20,000 nt of DNA from an uncultured virus (IMG/VR IMGVR_UViG_3300046517_000572). Its lineage: Duplodnaviria; Heunggongvirae; Uroviricota; Caudoviricetes. The stretch lies in IMG/VR virus record IMGVR_UViG_3300046517_000572. One strand, written 5' to 3'. A program made the translations under genes and the position numbers. Under the pieces are notes generated by a model. That model searched no databases and was not told where the DNA came from. It saw only the letters and a program-made list of their open reading frames with translations. Below are positions 7,111-15,334 of this stretch, in pieces; within the stretch, counting starts at the first letter, position 1, and each line of letters starts with the position of its first letter.

Positions 7111-8541
7111 TCAATTGAACGGTAGCTGACCTCCCAGCATGTCGGGCGGGAGATGGATGCCCAGTTTGCGCAACTCGTCAGGATCGAACCGCATCGGCGG
7201 TTGTTGAGCGATCGCGTTAAATGCTCTGCTCGTTGCGTCAGGATCGTCGTCGTGTGCGCCCTCGGGGAAGTTCTCTAATTCCGAGAACCACCGCTCGTTC
7301 CAGCGTCCGCGCAGCACCAGGATGTTGCCGACCTCGGCCTGCGAGGAGAACGGCCCGAACCGCGTGACTTTATCACCCGACTCAGGACTGCTTTCCACGA
7401 TGTAGCCTTGCAGCATGCGGGTCAGCGCCATGACTTGTGACTTGCCCGCCTGACCGGGGTCTTGCGGCAGCGAGGTGGTGTTGTCGTAGCCGTCCTGCAT
7501 GGCGTAATTCAGAATGCGCCGATCGACCTCGGCGGGCGAGCCTCGGAACGCGTCCGAGTGCAGGATGATCCAGCGCCCGTCATGCGTCAGCCCGATCTTG
7601 ACGCAGCACGTCCAGTCGGGGTCCGACGCGTCTTCCTGTTCCGATGCCGCCAAGTCCCAGCCGCGCACCGTCTTGGTGCAGACCGGCGGGATATCGACCA
7701 CCTGACACCACGAGCGGTTAAAATAGAACCCGGCTTGCGGGCGAATTTTCCAGTTGCCGTTGAGCAGGCGTTCCCGCTCGACCTTCGGCAGCATCATCAG
7801 GTTGCCGCGATAGCCGGGGTCGGATCGCGTCAGCGCCGGATTGTCGGCCAGCCGGGCAGCGACGAAGGTCAGACTTTTGATGTCTTCCTTGTCATAGCCG
7901 GTGGCGTTCATCGCCTCGCGTTTATTGTCGAACCACACAAGCTGATCATCAGCGCCGCGCACGAAATAGCGCACCACGCCGGAACGCTCCTGGATCGGAT
8001 AGCCGGTCTGCTGATCCACCCACCACTCGATCAGTTCCGCCACCCAGCTTCCGGCGTCGGCGTTACAGGTCGCCCGTATATACGGACGTATCGTGGTCGG
8101 TGAGCGGTTGCGGGAGATCAGATAGAAGAACTGCTGCTTGGTGAAGGTGGTCAACTCGTCGAAACAGATGCAGCCGATCTGGCTGCCGTGCCAATCGTAA
8201 ATCGTGTTCTCGTGTTCCAGATGCGCCAGCTTGACCATGCCGCCCGCTGGCCAGCGCCACTCCAGCCGATGGTTAATCGGATAGCCCTTGGCGTGGTAGT
8301 AGAGCTTCTCGGTCTCCGACCACAGCCCGCCAGGGCGGCGCAGATCGACCATCGTGCGGCGGAAGATCACCGTGTCGAAGCCGGGCACCTTCTGCGGATA
8401 GCGCACGCCCTCCAGCAACAGCGCGTAGGATTTGCCGGAACCGGCGGCACCGCCAAAGATCGCAATGTCGGCTTCTGAATTTAGAAACTTCTCCTGCGGA
8501 CCCGGCTGCGGCTGGATGCGTTTCCTGACCGCTTCAGCCAT
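7111..8541 (-). CDS. terL: Terminase large subunit
   Basis: Walker A GGAAGSGKS, Walker B CICFDELT, RATCN coupling motif, and C-terminal nuclease motifs RGWDLAAS, PQDPGQAGK, HDDDPDA. Confidence 0.95.
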   Translation of the reverse strand: MAEAVRKRIQPQPGPQEKFLNSEADIAIFGGAAGSGKSYALLLEGVRYPQKVPGFDTVIFRRTMVDLRRPGGLWSETEKLYYHAKGYPINHRLEWRWPAGGMVKLAHLEHENTIYDWHGSQIGCICFDELTTFTKQQFFYLISRNRSPTTIRPYIRATCNADAGSWVAELIEWWVDQQTGYPIQERSGVVRYFVRGADDQLVWFDNKREAMNATGYDKEDIKSLTFVAARLADNPALTRSDPGYRGNLMMLPKVERERLLNGNWKIRPQAGFYFNRSWCQVVDIPPVCTKTVRGWDLAASEQEDASDPDWTCCVKIGLTHDGRWIILHSDAFRGSPAEVDRRILNYAMQDGYDNTTSLPQDPGQAGKSQVMALTRMLQGYIVESSPESGDKVTRFGPFSSQAEVGNILVLRGRWNERWFSELENFPEGAHDDDPDATSRAFNAIAQQPPMRFDPDELRKLGIHLPPDMLGGQLPFN

Positions 8542-9043
8542 CGTCGGTGCCGGTCTTCAGGTCGTCCGCATCGCCCTCGATCGTCGGCGGCTCGTCCTCG
8601 GGGCGGTCGCGGCCGTTCTCGGGCAGATAGAACTGGAACGTCTCCTCGGGGTTGTCCTCGGACGGATCATACTGATCCGGCGTGTAAGCGCCCTTCGGTT
8701 GCCACGCCTCGCCGCCGTGGCGGTCGAGCCAGTATTTCGCCGCGCCGATATTGCCGCCCAGCGCCTCGCGCACGATGACGAACCCGACGCGCCCGGTGAT
8801 GTGGTCGCGGCCTTTGGCGATCTCGTGTTTGAAATGCTTGTTGAGCGTCGCGACGTTGATCTTGAGGATATCGGCCATGACCTGTCTGGCGGCGCCGTTG
8901 GCGGCGAACACCATGACCGCGTGGCGCTGGTCCTCGGACGGCACGAACTCGGGGATCGGTCCCTTGCTTTCGCCGCGTAGCAACCGGTGACCCGGCGTGT
9001 CGGGCACCGGCACCAAACCTTCATCCGGTTTAATTCGCGGCAT
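8534..9043 (-). CDS. terS: Probable terminase small subunit
   Basis: Overlaps the terL start. HTH-like segment (RQVMADILKINVATLNKHF), GNIGAAKYWLDRHGG motif, and acidic tail with FYLPENGRD. Confidence 0.75.
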   Translation of the reverse strand: MPRIKPDEGLVPVPDTPGHRLLRGESKGPIPEFVPSEDQRHAVMVFAANGAARQVMADILKINVATLNKHFKHEIAKGRDHITGRVGFVIVREALGGNIGAAKYWLDRHGGEAWQPKGAYTPDQYDPSEDNPEETFQFYLPENGRDRPEDEPPTIEGDADDLKTGTDDG

Positions 9044-10238
9044 CGGCCATTTCTTCCTCGGAGACCTCGATCATCGCCTCGCGGCCGGTGAACGCCTCCC
9101 AACGCTTGATCGTCACGTCGCAGTAGGCCGGGCTGATCTCGATCGCGGTGCAGCGCCTGCCGGTCATTTCGGCAGCGATGATCGTGGTGCCTGACCCGCA
9201 GAACGGATCGATGATCAGATGGTTCGGTCGCACCCATTGGGTGATGATATGCGCCACCTGATCGGCGGGACGCGGGCAGGGATGCTGACGCTGGATATTG
9301 TCGGGCTTGGCGACCTGGGACGCGGTATCGGCCACATGCCAGTCGCGGTTATCGGTGCGCGCGGTCCACGGTTCGGCGCCGGGCTTCCACCACACCAGGA
9401 TCGCGTCGTAGCCGTAATACATCGGCCCCTTCGCCATCAGCACGAAATTGCGCGCGCCGCAGAACAGCCGCCAGTCGCGCGGGAACCACGCAGCGAAATT
9501 GCGGATGTTACGCGGCGACTGCCAGAGGAACACGGGCGCGCCGTCAGGGCACAGCGCCTCGGCCTGTTCCACGATCCGCCAAATCCAGGCGCCATAGCCG
9601 CCGTCATAGGATTCCGGCGCGTCGTTGTGCTGATCGTAGCGAAAGCCGATGCCATAGGGCGGATCGGTCACCACGGCATCGCCGCCAGCGAGCCTGGGAA
9701 GCACGTCCAGGCAGTCGCCGCAGTAGAGGGTATGATCGCCCAGCCGCCACACGTCACCGGGCTGGGAACGCGGCACAGGCGGCGGCGCGGGGATGTCGTC
9801 GGGATCGGTCAGCCCGGCGGTCGGCTTGCCCATCAGGTTGCCCAGTTCCAGGTCGGAAAACCCGGTGAGCGACAGATCGAAGCCGGATAACTTGAGGTCG
9901 GTCAGTTCGGTCTGGAGTGTCATTTCGTCCCAGCCCGCGCTTAGGGCGAGCCGGTTGTCAGCCAGCCGGTAGGCGGCGATCTGCGCCTCACTCCAGCCCT
10001 TGGCGATCATCACCGGCACCGATGTCAGCTTCAGCTTGCGCGCCGCCAGCACGCGCCCGTGGCCCGCGATCAGGGTGCCCGCCTCGTCCACCAACACCGG
10101 CATCGAGAAGCCGAAGGTCGCGATCGAGTTGGCGATCTGCTCGATCTGGGCGAGCGAATGAGTGCGTGCGTTCCGCGCATACGGCATCAGCGTGTCGAGG
10201 TCGCGGCGCTCCACGCGGTCGGCTGGCCAGTCGGGCAT
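9030..10238 (-). CDS. ParB/Srx N-terminal domain fused to a beta-class N6-adenine/N4-cytosine DNA methyltransferase
   Basis: Start moved to ATG 10238 (GGAGG 5 nt upstream). ParB motifs PYARNARTHS, LIAGHGRVLAA, YRLADNRL. MTase motif IV DPPY precedes motif I DPFCGSGTT. Confidence 0.92.
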   Translation of the reverse strand: MPDWPADRVERRDLDTLMPYARNARTHSLAQIEQIANSIATFGFSMPVLVDEAGTLIAGHGRVLAARKLKLTSVPVMIAKGWSEAQIAAYRLADNRLALSAGWDEMTLQTELTDLKLSGFDLSLTGFSDLELGNLMGKPTAGLTDPDDIPAPPPVPRSQPGDVWRLGDHTLYCGDCLDVLPRLAGGDAVVTDPPYGIGFRYDQHNDAPESYDGGYGAWIWRIVEQAEALCPDGAPVFLWQSPRNIRNFAAWFPRDWRLFCGARNFVLMAKGPMYYGYDAILVWWKPGAEPWTARTDNRDWHVADTASQVAKPDNIQRQHPCPRPADQVAHIITQWVRPNHLIIDPFCGSGTTIIAAEMTGRRCTAIEISPAYCDVTIKRWEAFTGREAMIEVSEEEMADAAN

Positions 10239-10249
10239 GACGCCTCCCG

Positions 10250-10328
10250 AAAAAATAAATCGATTACCCCAAAGTTTTTTCTTGACTGCCGTCACGTAAC
10301 GGCTCATAAAGGCGCTGCACACGAAACC
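10250..10328 (+). promoter_or_regulatory. Repeated promoter cassette, copy 1
   Basis: AAAAATAAATCG-N8-AAAGTTTTTTCTTGAC; -35 TTGACT at 10282-10287; CGTCACGTAACG at 10290-10301; CATAAA after a 17-nt spacer; then CTGCACAC. Confidence 0.85.
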
Positions 10329-10345
10329 TGACCTGGAGAAAACCG

Positions 10346-10555
10346 ATGTATGACCTCGCCTACGAAAACGCCGCTCCCGGAACCTGCGGCAAGTGCAAGG
10401 GCACTGGCCAGTATAGCTGGGGCGCGATGATCAACGGCAAAATGCAGCATGGCGGCACCTGCTACTCCTGCCGGGGCACCGGCAAGCAGACCTCCAAGCA
10501 GATCGTCTGCAACCGCGTTTACAACCAATACAAGATCAGAACCTGGGGCATTTAG
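10346..10555 (+). CDS. Small DnaJ-type zinc-finger protein
   Basis: Two CxxCxGxG motifs (CGKCKGTG, CYSCRGTG); GGAG RBS. Confidence 0.85.
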   Translation: MYDLAYENAAPGTCGKCKGTGQYSWGAMINGKMQHGGTCYSCRGTGKQTSKQIVCNRVYNQYKIRTWGI

Positions 10556-10571
10556 CCCCAGGCTTTTCTTT
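10542..10571 (+). terminator. Rho-independent terminator
   Basis: Perfect 8-bp stem CCTGGGGC / GCCCCAGG (10542-10549 / 10555-10562) with loop ATTTA, followed by CTTTTCTTT. Confidence 0.7.
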
Positions 10572-10600
10572 CCTTCACCTGAAACCGGAGTTTCCGAAAA

Positions 10601-10870
10601 ATGACTAAGCTTACCAACATCGAGGCCCAGGCACTGCGCGGCATCCTGGCCAGCGACTACATGGACGGCGACACGGGCGAGAACGCCATCGATCGTCCGG
10701 TGTGGACGTGGTCCGCGAATCCGTTCCCCAAGAAAGTGACGTTCAGCGGCGCGGTGTCGTCGCTGGTGCAGAAAGGATTCGTCTGGGTGCAGGACATGGG
10801 CACCAGGGACGCGGTGATCGCCATCACCCGCGAGGGCATGGACGCCCTCGTCGCCAAGGTGGAGGACTGA
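10601..10870 (+). CDS. Hypothetical protein, possible winged helix
   Basis: GGAG RBS. SGAVSSLVQKGFV...IAITREG resembles a wHTH recognition helix plus wing. Confidence 0.75.
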   Translation: MTKLTNIEAQALRGILASDYMDGDTGENAIDRPVWTWSANPFPKKVTFSGAVSSLVQKGFVWVQDMGTRDAVIAITREGMDALVAKVED

Positions 10871-11298
10871 TGACCCCCTTTGATCCCAACGCTGCCAGGG
10901 CTGCGAAAGCGGCTCTGGCGGAACGCCTGACGGCGATCGGCGCAAGCTATGTGCCGGAAGGCTGGACGGTGGAATATCGCAAGAGCCTGTCGGGGATTTG
11001 CTACACCAAGCGCAAGCACATCGTGGCGCCGCGTCCGATCACCCGTAAATCGCTCTACATTTTCCTGCACGAGTGTGCCCACGCCAACCTGCACGTCGAT
11101 AGCAAGCAAAAGCGCCACGCCGAAGAACACGAGGCGGAGCAATGGGCGCACGACACGATGCGCAAGCACGGTATCGCGGTGCCACGCGTGATGACCAAGC
11201 GAGCAAAGCGCCACGTCGCCCGCAAGATCGTGCAGGCGAAGAAAGCAGGCGCGAAGACGATCGATCCCGCCGCCGCCAAATTCGCGCGGAAAAAATAA
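10870..11298 (+). CDS. Zincin metallopeptidase (ImmA/IrrE-like)
   Basis: Start at ATG 10870 (TGATG coupling, GGAGG RBS). FLHECAH motif plus downstream EEHEAEQWA; basic C-terminus. Confidence 0.8.
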   Translation: MTPFDPNAARAAKAALAERLTAIGASYVPEGWTVEYRKSLSGICYTKRKHIVAPRPITRKSLYIFLHECAHANLHVDSKQKRHAEEHEAEQWAHDTMRKHGIAVPRVMTKRAKRHVARKIVQAKKAGAKTIDPAAAKFARKK

Positions 11299-11363
11299 AT
11301 CGCCAGCCTGAAAGTTTTTTCTTGACGTTACGTGACGGGTGGCTTAAATGTCTGTCTGCACAC
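11290..11363 (+). promoter_or_regulatory. Repeated promoter cassette, copy 2
   Basis: AAAAATAAATCG-N8-AAAGTTTTTTCTTGAC; TTGACG at 11322-11327, 17-nt spacer, TAAATG at 11345-11350; operator inverted (CGTTACGTGACG at 11326-11337); then CTGCACAC. Confidence 0.85.
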
Positions 11364-11375
11364 GGAGACCCCGAC

Positions 11376-11570
11376 ATGACCGACATCGCCACCCTTCGCG
11401 CCGCCTTCGCCAAGATCACCAAGATGGACCCGTCTGGCCCGGCTTACCGGCGCCTGACGGCGATCCTGGATCGCGCCGACAACGACGCGCTCAAGGCGGT
11501 CCACGCCGCGAAAATTCCCTTCGCCTCCTCGCTCGCGCTGAACCGGATGATCCGGCGCGGCATCGTCTGA
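11376..11570 (+). CDS. Hypothetical protein (64 aa)
   Basis: Start moved to ATG 11376, after the promoter and GGAG. Begins MTDIATLRAAFAKITKMDP. Confidence 0.8.
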   Translation: MTDIATLRAAFAKITKMDPSGPAYRRLTAILDRADNDALKAVHAAKIPFASSLALNRMIRRGIV

Positions 11571-11594
11571 AACCTGAAACCTGGAGTAACGCAC

Positions 11595-11948
11595 ATGATC
11601 TTCGTTTATCACCTGACTGACGCCGCTTCCCGCGCGATGATCGACGCGGTCTATGACCGCACCATCGTCCGTCAGGCGGCAGGCTTACTGGAGGAGGGCA
11701 CCGGCTACACCCTGGTGGCGACCGTCGAAGGCGACGACATGGATCACGCCTATCAGGTCACCAATAACATCGACTCGTCCTGGTCGCTGTCGCCAGCGCC
11801 CGGCGTCACCGTGCTGGGCACGCTGCCGGTGCATGACGGCAAGACCTACGGCTATCGCTCCTCGTCGGTGGGTGACGTGCTTCAGGTGGACGGGCCTGCC
11901 TTCGTGATCGCCCCGGTCGGTTTCCTGCCCCTGCCAGTGGCGGGCTGA
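11595..11948 (+). CDS. YodL-like domain protein
   Basis: DHAYQVTNN...RSSSVGDVLQVDG..FVIAPVGF matches the YodL-like S-x-S-V-[GS]-D-V...GF pattern; GGAG RBS. Confidence 0.65.
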   Translation: MIFVYHLTDAASRAMIDAVYDRTIVRQAAGLLEEGTGYTLVATVEGDDMDHAYQVTNNIDSSWSLSPAPGVTVLGTLPVHDGKTYGYRSSSVGDVLQVDGPAFVIAPVGFLPLPVAG

Positions 11949-11951
11949 CCG

Positions 11952-12167
11952 ATGATCACTTTCCATCGGCATAGCCGCAAGCTGACTGCCGTCCGACAGG
12001 ACGGCAGTTTCCTCGCCTGGATCAACCAAATGCGCTGGAAGCCGCACATGCGGCCCAGTTACCTGTTCTGGGACGCGCAGATCGGCGGGCTGCACATCAC
12101 CGCACCGACCATGAAGCGGATGAAGGAAAAGATCGTGGCGCACTTCCCGGAGGGGGTGCCGCCATGA
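11952..12167 (+). CDS. Hypothetical protein
   Basis: Tightly packed in the operon; ATGA overlap with the next gene. Confidence 0.7.
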   Translation: MITFHRHSRKLTAVRQDGSFLAWINQMRWKPHMRPSYLFWDAQIGGLHITAPTMKRMKEKIVAHFPEGVPP

Positions 12168-13354
12168 AGCGCCGCGACCGCGACCGCGAGGATGGCGAGA
12201 AACGCCGCCCGACGCTGGCGGATCGCTTCATCCACCACAAGTTCGCCGCCTGGGAACGCGCGGTGCATCCCAAGGCGATCGGCCAGCTACAGGCGAGCGC
12301 GCGCAACGCGCATCGCTTCGTGCTGACGGAGGCGGCGGCGCTGCGCTGCGCGGAGGTGATCTCGTCGATCCCTGATCTGCTGCTGCGCGAGCAGCAGTTC
12401 GCTCGCGCGCCGTATGATCTGACCTGGATCGAGTTCCCGTCGCATGTGATCTGGACATACATGCGCGATCAGAACCCGATCGCTTACGAGGGCATCGGCA
12501 AATGGGGCGATCCCGGTTCGTCGGACCACACGCTGGCGTATCTGATCGACCACGAACGGGTCAACATCATCGTCGGCGGCACGGTCGATCAGCCGAACAC
12601 CGATCCGCATATTATGCCGATCCAATATCGCCTGCACACCGAGTGGCCCGACGCCGAGCAAGCCGAGTTCCGCCGCCTGTGCGGCATGGGCGCTGACTGG
12701 CACTCGGACGCGTTTCTGTGGGGCAGCACCTATGACAAGCTGAACGCCGGGGAGCGGCACGCGCTGGCCACCCGCCACGCGGTCGGCTTCCTGCCGTTCA
12801 ATCCGCTGCACCGGCTGTATGACCGCTACAGCAGCGACGGCGAATGGTGCGACGCGGCGCGCGGTTCGGTGGGCGAGTTGCGCAACATCGTCGCGATCCT
12901 CTTGATGATGAACCGGCCCAGCCTGACAAAATACATCCACAATGCCAACGCCGGGCGCGGTTTCCACAAGGGCAAGGTGATGCCCTACCTGTCGCACACC
13001 ACGGTGACGATCGACATCGACGCACGGCCCACGCTCAAGCTGATCGGCACGCCGCAGGGCGACGCGGTGCCGCGCCGTCGCCACGAGGTCGAGGGGCATT
13101 TCTGCCACGACGAGACCGCGCGCGACTTCTCGCGGATCGCGGGCTGTATCCACGAGTTCGCGCCGACGCACGGCCCGGTCGATGACTGGGCGCCGTGGCC
13201 CGATGCGCCTCTCGGCGTGCCTGGGGAGCCGGGCTGCCCGCGCAACTGGGTGTGCGCGGCGTGCGGCGGCAAACGCTGGTGGGTGAAGGAACACGGGCGC
13301 GGCACGGCGGAGAAGGGGTTCGTCGTCAAAGACGGCTATACGGTTGACGCATGA
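12164..13354 (+). CDS. Phage hypothetical protein with C-terminal R-x-H-x-x-x-G-H ... W-V-x-x-H-x-R-G motif and Cys/His cluster
   Basis: GGAGG RBS and ATGA overlaps at both ends. PRRRHEVEGHFCH...CIH...CAACGG..WWVKEHGRG. Confidence 0.85.
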   Translation: MKRRDRDREDGEKRRPTLADRFIHHKFAAWERAVHPKAIGQLQASARNAHRFVLTEAAALRCAEVISSIPDLLLREQQFARAPYDLTWIEFPSHVIWTYMRDQNPIAYEGIGKWGDPGSSDHTLAYLIDHERVNIIVGGTVDQPNTDPHIMPIQYRLHTEWPDAEQAEFRRLCGMGADWHSDAFLWGSTYDKLNAGERHALATRHAVGFLPFNPLHRLYDRYSSDGEWCDAARGSVGELRNIVAILLMMNRPSLTKYIHNANAGRGFHKGKVMPYLSHTTVTIDIDARPTLKLIGTPQGDAVPRRRHEVEGHFCHDETARDFSRIAGCIHEFAPTHGPVDDWAPWPDAPLGVPGEPGCPRNWVCAACGGKRWWVKEHGRGTAEKGFVVKDGYTVDA

Positions 13355-14013
13355 GCGAAATCCCGCCCGAGTTTGCCGGGCTGGCGCGGCAGTTCATCCG
13401 CGAGGTCGCGGCGGATGATAAGCGGGCCGCGCTGGCGATCCTGGCGCTGCACAGGCCGGTCCAGGCGCGGCTTGTGCGCAAACCCCGCAGCTACCTGCGC
13501 GACGGCACGCTGGCCGCTCTGGCGGGCGCCTGGGAGGCGGTGCCGCGACGCTTCCGGATCGGCATGCAGAGCAAGATCGACCGACGCGGACGCATCGGCT
13601 CGATCTCGGAAGCCTTCGTCGCGGCGTGCGAAATCCAGGCGGAGGACTGGGCCACCTCGGAACACGCCCTGATGATCGAGGGCAGCAAGTTTGAGGTGAC
13701 GCCTAAGACTGTCAGCTTCACCCCGATCGACTTCGCCAGCATCGGCTGGCACGCGCTGGGGCGGCGCTACGAACGCGGACGCGAACGCAGCGCGGACTCG
13801 GTAATGGCAGACCTCAAGGTGCTGGCCAGCGCCGCGATCCATAACGAGGAACGCTATCCGGACGGCATCGGCTTCCGGCTGCGCGTGACGCACGGCTACT
13901 GGCTGGGCGTGCTGGGCGATGTGATGATCGCGGAGAACAAGACCGAGCCGCCCGTGGACGGCGGCACCCAGTTCGTGGTCCGCACCTACATCGACGCCGA
14001 CCAGATAAAATAA
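13351..14013 (+). CDS. Hypothetical protein (HALGRRYER motif)
   Basis: ATGA-coupled; GC3-rich codons; stop codon lies inside promoter repeat copy 3. Confidence 0.8.
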   Translation: MSEIPPEFAGLARQFIREVAADDKRAALAILALHRPVQARLVRKPRSYLRDGTLAALAGAWEAVPRRFRIGMQSKIDRRGRIGSISEAFVAACEIQAEDWATSEHALMIEGSKFEVTPKTVSFTPIDFASIGWHALGRRYERGRERSADSVMADLKVLASAAIHNEERYPDGIGFRLRVTHGYWLGVLGDVMIAENKTEPPVDGGTQFVVRTYIDADQIK

Positions 14014-14086
14014 ATCGCGCGGCATGAAGTTTTTTCTTGACCAACGTCACGTAACGGCTTAAACGTCTGCCTGCACACAAAACCTG
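14007..14086 (+). promoter_or_regulatory. Repeated promoter cassette, copy 3
   Basis: AAAATAAATCG-N8-GAAGTTTTTTCTTGAC; TTGACC at 14037-14042, 17-nt spacer, TAAACG at 14060-14065; CGTCACGTAACG at 14045-14056; then CTGCACAC. Confidence 0.85.
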
Positions 14087-14104
14087 CCTCGGAGCGTAAA
14101 TCCC

Positions 14105-14344
14105 ATGACCACCCAGTTTCAGATCGGCCACACCTACTACGACCGCAGCGCCTGCGATCATGAGTGCGTTTTCTTTTTCATGATCCTGGCGCGCACCGCC
14201 AAGACCATCACCTTCACTTATCGTAACGAAACCAAGAAGCGCGGCATCTACATCGCCAACGGCGTCGAGTGCTTCCGCCCGTTCGGCACCTACTCGATGT
14301 GCGCCATCGTCAACGCCAACAGCCGGATGGAGGGCGGGGTATGA
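14105..14344 (+). CDS. Small phage hypothetical protein
   Basis: GGAG RBS after the promoter. FQIGHTYYDRSACDHEC...RTAKT pattern. Confidence 0.8.
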   Translation: MTTQFQIGHTYYDRSACDHECVFFFMILARTAKTITFTYRNETKKRGIYIANGVECFRPFGTYSMCAIVNANSRMEGGV

Positions 14345-14898
14345 GCAATTTCACTGACAGGCTGTTCGATCGCGACTGCGATTTCGCCGCCGATCGGATG
14401 CTAGGCACGGGCGAACTCGCGCCGATGTTCTCAATCCATTTCAAGCAGGCGGGACAACCGGCCCTCGCCATCGTTCCGGCGGATTTTGCCGATCCGCCAA
14501 CCAAGGATCGCACCGTGATGATGGTCAAGCTGTTGGGCGTCGCGGTGGACGCGTTCGCCATCAGCCTGATGACGGAAGCCTGGGTGGCGACAGTCAGCGA
14601 CAAGACTGACGAAGCGATAGCGCGTCTCGCGCCATCCGAGCGGATGGATCGCCGCGAGGTGGTGATGGTGATGATGTCGCAACGCGGCGGCAAGCCGCGC
14701 GCGATGATCCGGGAAATCCTGCGCAGCGACGATGGCAGCGTCAGCCTGGGCGCGGTGGAGCCTGACCACGACGGGCTGCAAGGCCGCATGACCAACCTGT
14801 TGCTGCCCAACCGCCCGACCGCAGAGCAGCGCGCCAACGCACGCGCCATGCTGGCAGTGTCTGGCATCCACCTTGAATCCTCGGAGATAACACAATGA
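14341..14898 (+). CDS. Hypothetical protein
   Basis: Start moved to ATG 14341 (GGAGG RBS, ATGA overlap). Contains TEAW...RREVV motif. Confidence 0.8.
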   Translation: MSNFTDRLFDRDCDFAADRMLGTGELAPMFSIHFKQAGQPALAIVPADFADPPTKDRTVMMVKLLGVAVDAFAISLMTEAWVATVSDKTDEAIARLAPSERMDRREVVMVMMSQRGGKPRAMIREILRSDDGSVSLGAVEPDHDGLQGRMTNLLLPNRPTAEQRANARAMLAVSGIHLESSEITQ

Positions 14899-15149
14899 CC
14901 ACGCCCACCCTGATCCCGTTCTCTCCCAGCGAACTGATCGATATCGCGCTGGCGCTGCGTGACGCGGCGAACTCGGCGCGGCTCGATGACCGGCTGGCAT
15001 TCGCCGCCGTGACCTATGACCACGCCGCGACGTTTTACGGGGAGGGCGGCTACCCGATGACGGCGGGCGAGATGCGGCGCGTGGCGGATGCCTGCCGGGA
15101 CGCTGCCTGGGAGGCGCGCCACGCCGCCTCAGACGAGGAGGCGCAATGA
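14895..15149 (+). CDS. Hypothetical protein
   Basis: GGAG RBS; ATGA overlaps at both ends. Confidence 0.75.
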   Translation: MTTPTLIPFSPSELIDIALALRDAANSARLDDRLAFAAVTYDHAATFYGEGGYPMTAGEMRRVADACRDAAWEARHAASDEEAQ

Positions 15150-15334
15150 CCTTCCTTAAGTTCTGGGCGGCGCTCAACGCCGCCCTGGCGGCGCGCGGTG
15201 AGCCAGCGGCGCTGCACGACGAGGCGCACGACTGGTATGGCTCGCGGCCCGTGGTCGGCGTCGATGAACGAATGGTCAATCGCGTGATCAACGATCGCAA
15301 GCCGATCGACTGGTCAGCGATGGGAGTGAAGTGA
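15146..15334 (+). CDS. Hypothetical protein
   Basis: GGAGG RBS; ATGA overlap. Confidence 0.75.
   Translation: MTFLKFWAALNAALAARGEPAALHDEAHDWYGSRPVVGVDERMVNRVINDRKPIDWSAMGVK

Noticed and set aside
1114..8541. Intein or intron explaining the long portal or lying in terL
   Set aside because: No intein splice motifs (C/S start, HN-C/S/T end) or homing endonuclease motifs seen; terL is normal length.
2122..8980. Long plus-strand ORFs (e.g. 2122..2895, 3460..4671, 4903..5793, 7462..8103)
   Set aside because: Antisense shadows of GC3-rich minus-strand genes; no motifs or RBS.
10239..10322. N-terminal extension of the MTase ORF from the track (similarly 10702, 11142, 14269, 17240, 18025, 18779 starts)
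   Set aside because: The extensions run through promoter repeats or upstream genes; downstream ATGs have better RBS or stop-start coupling.
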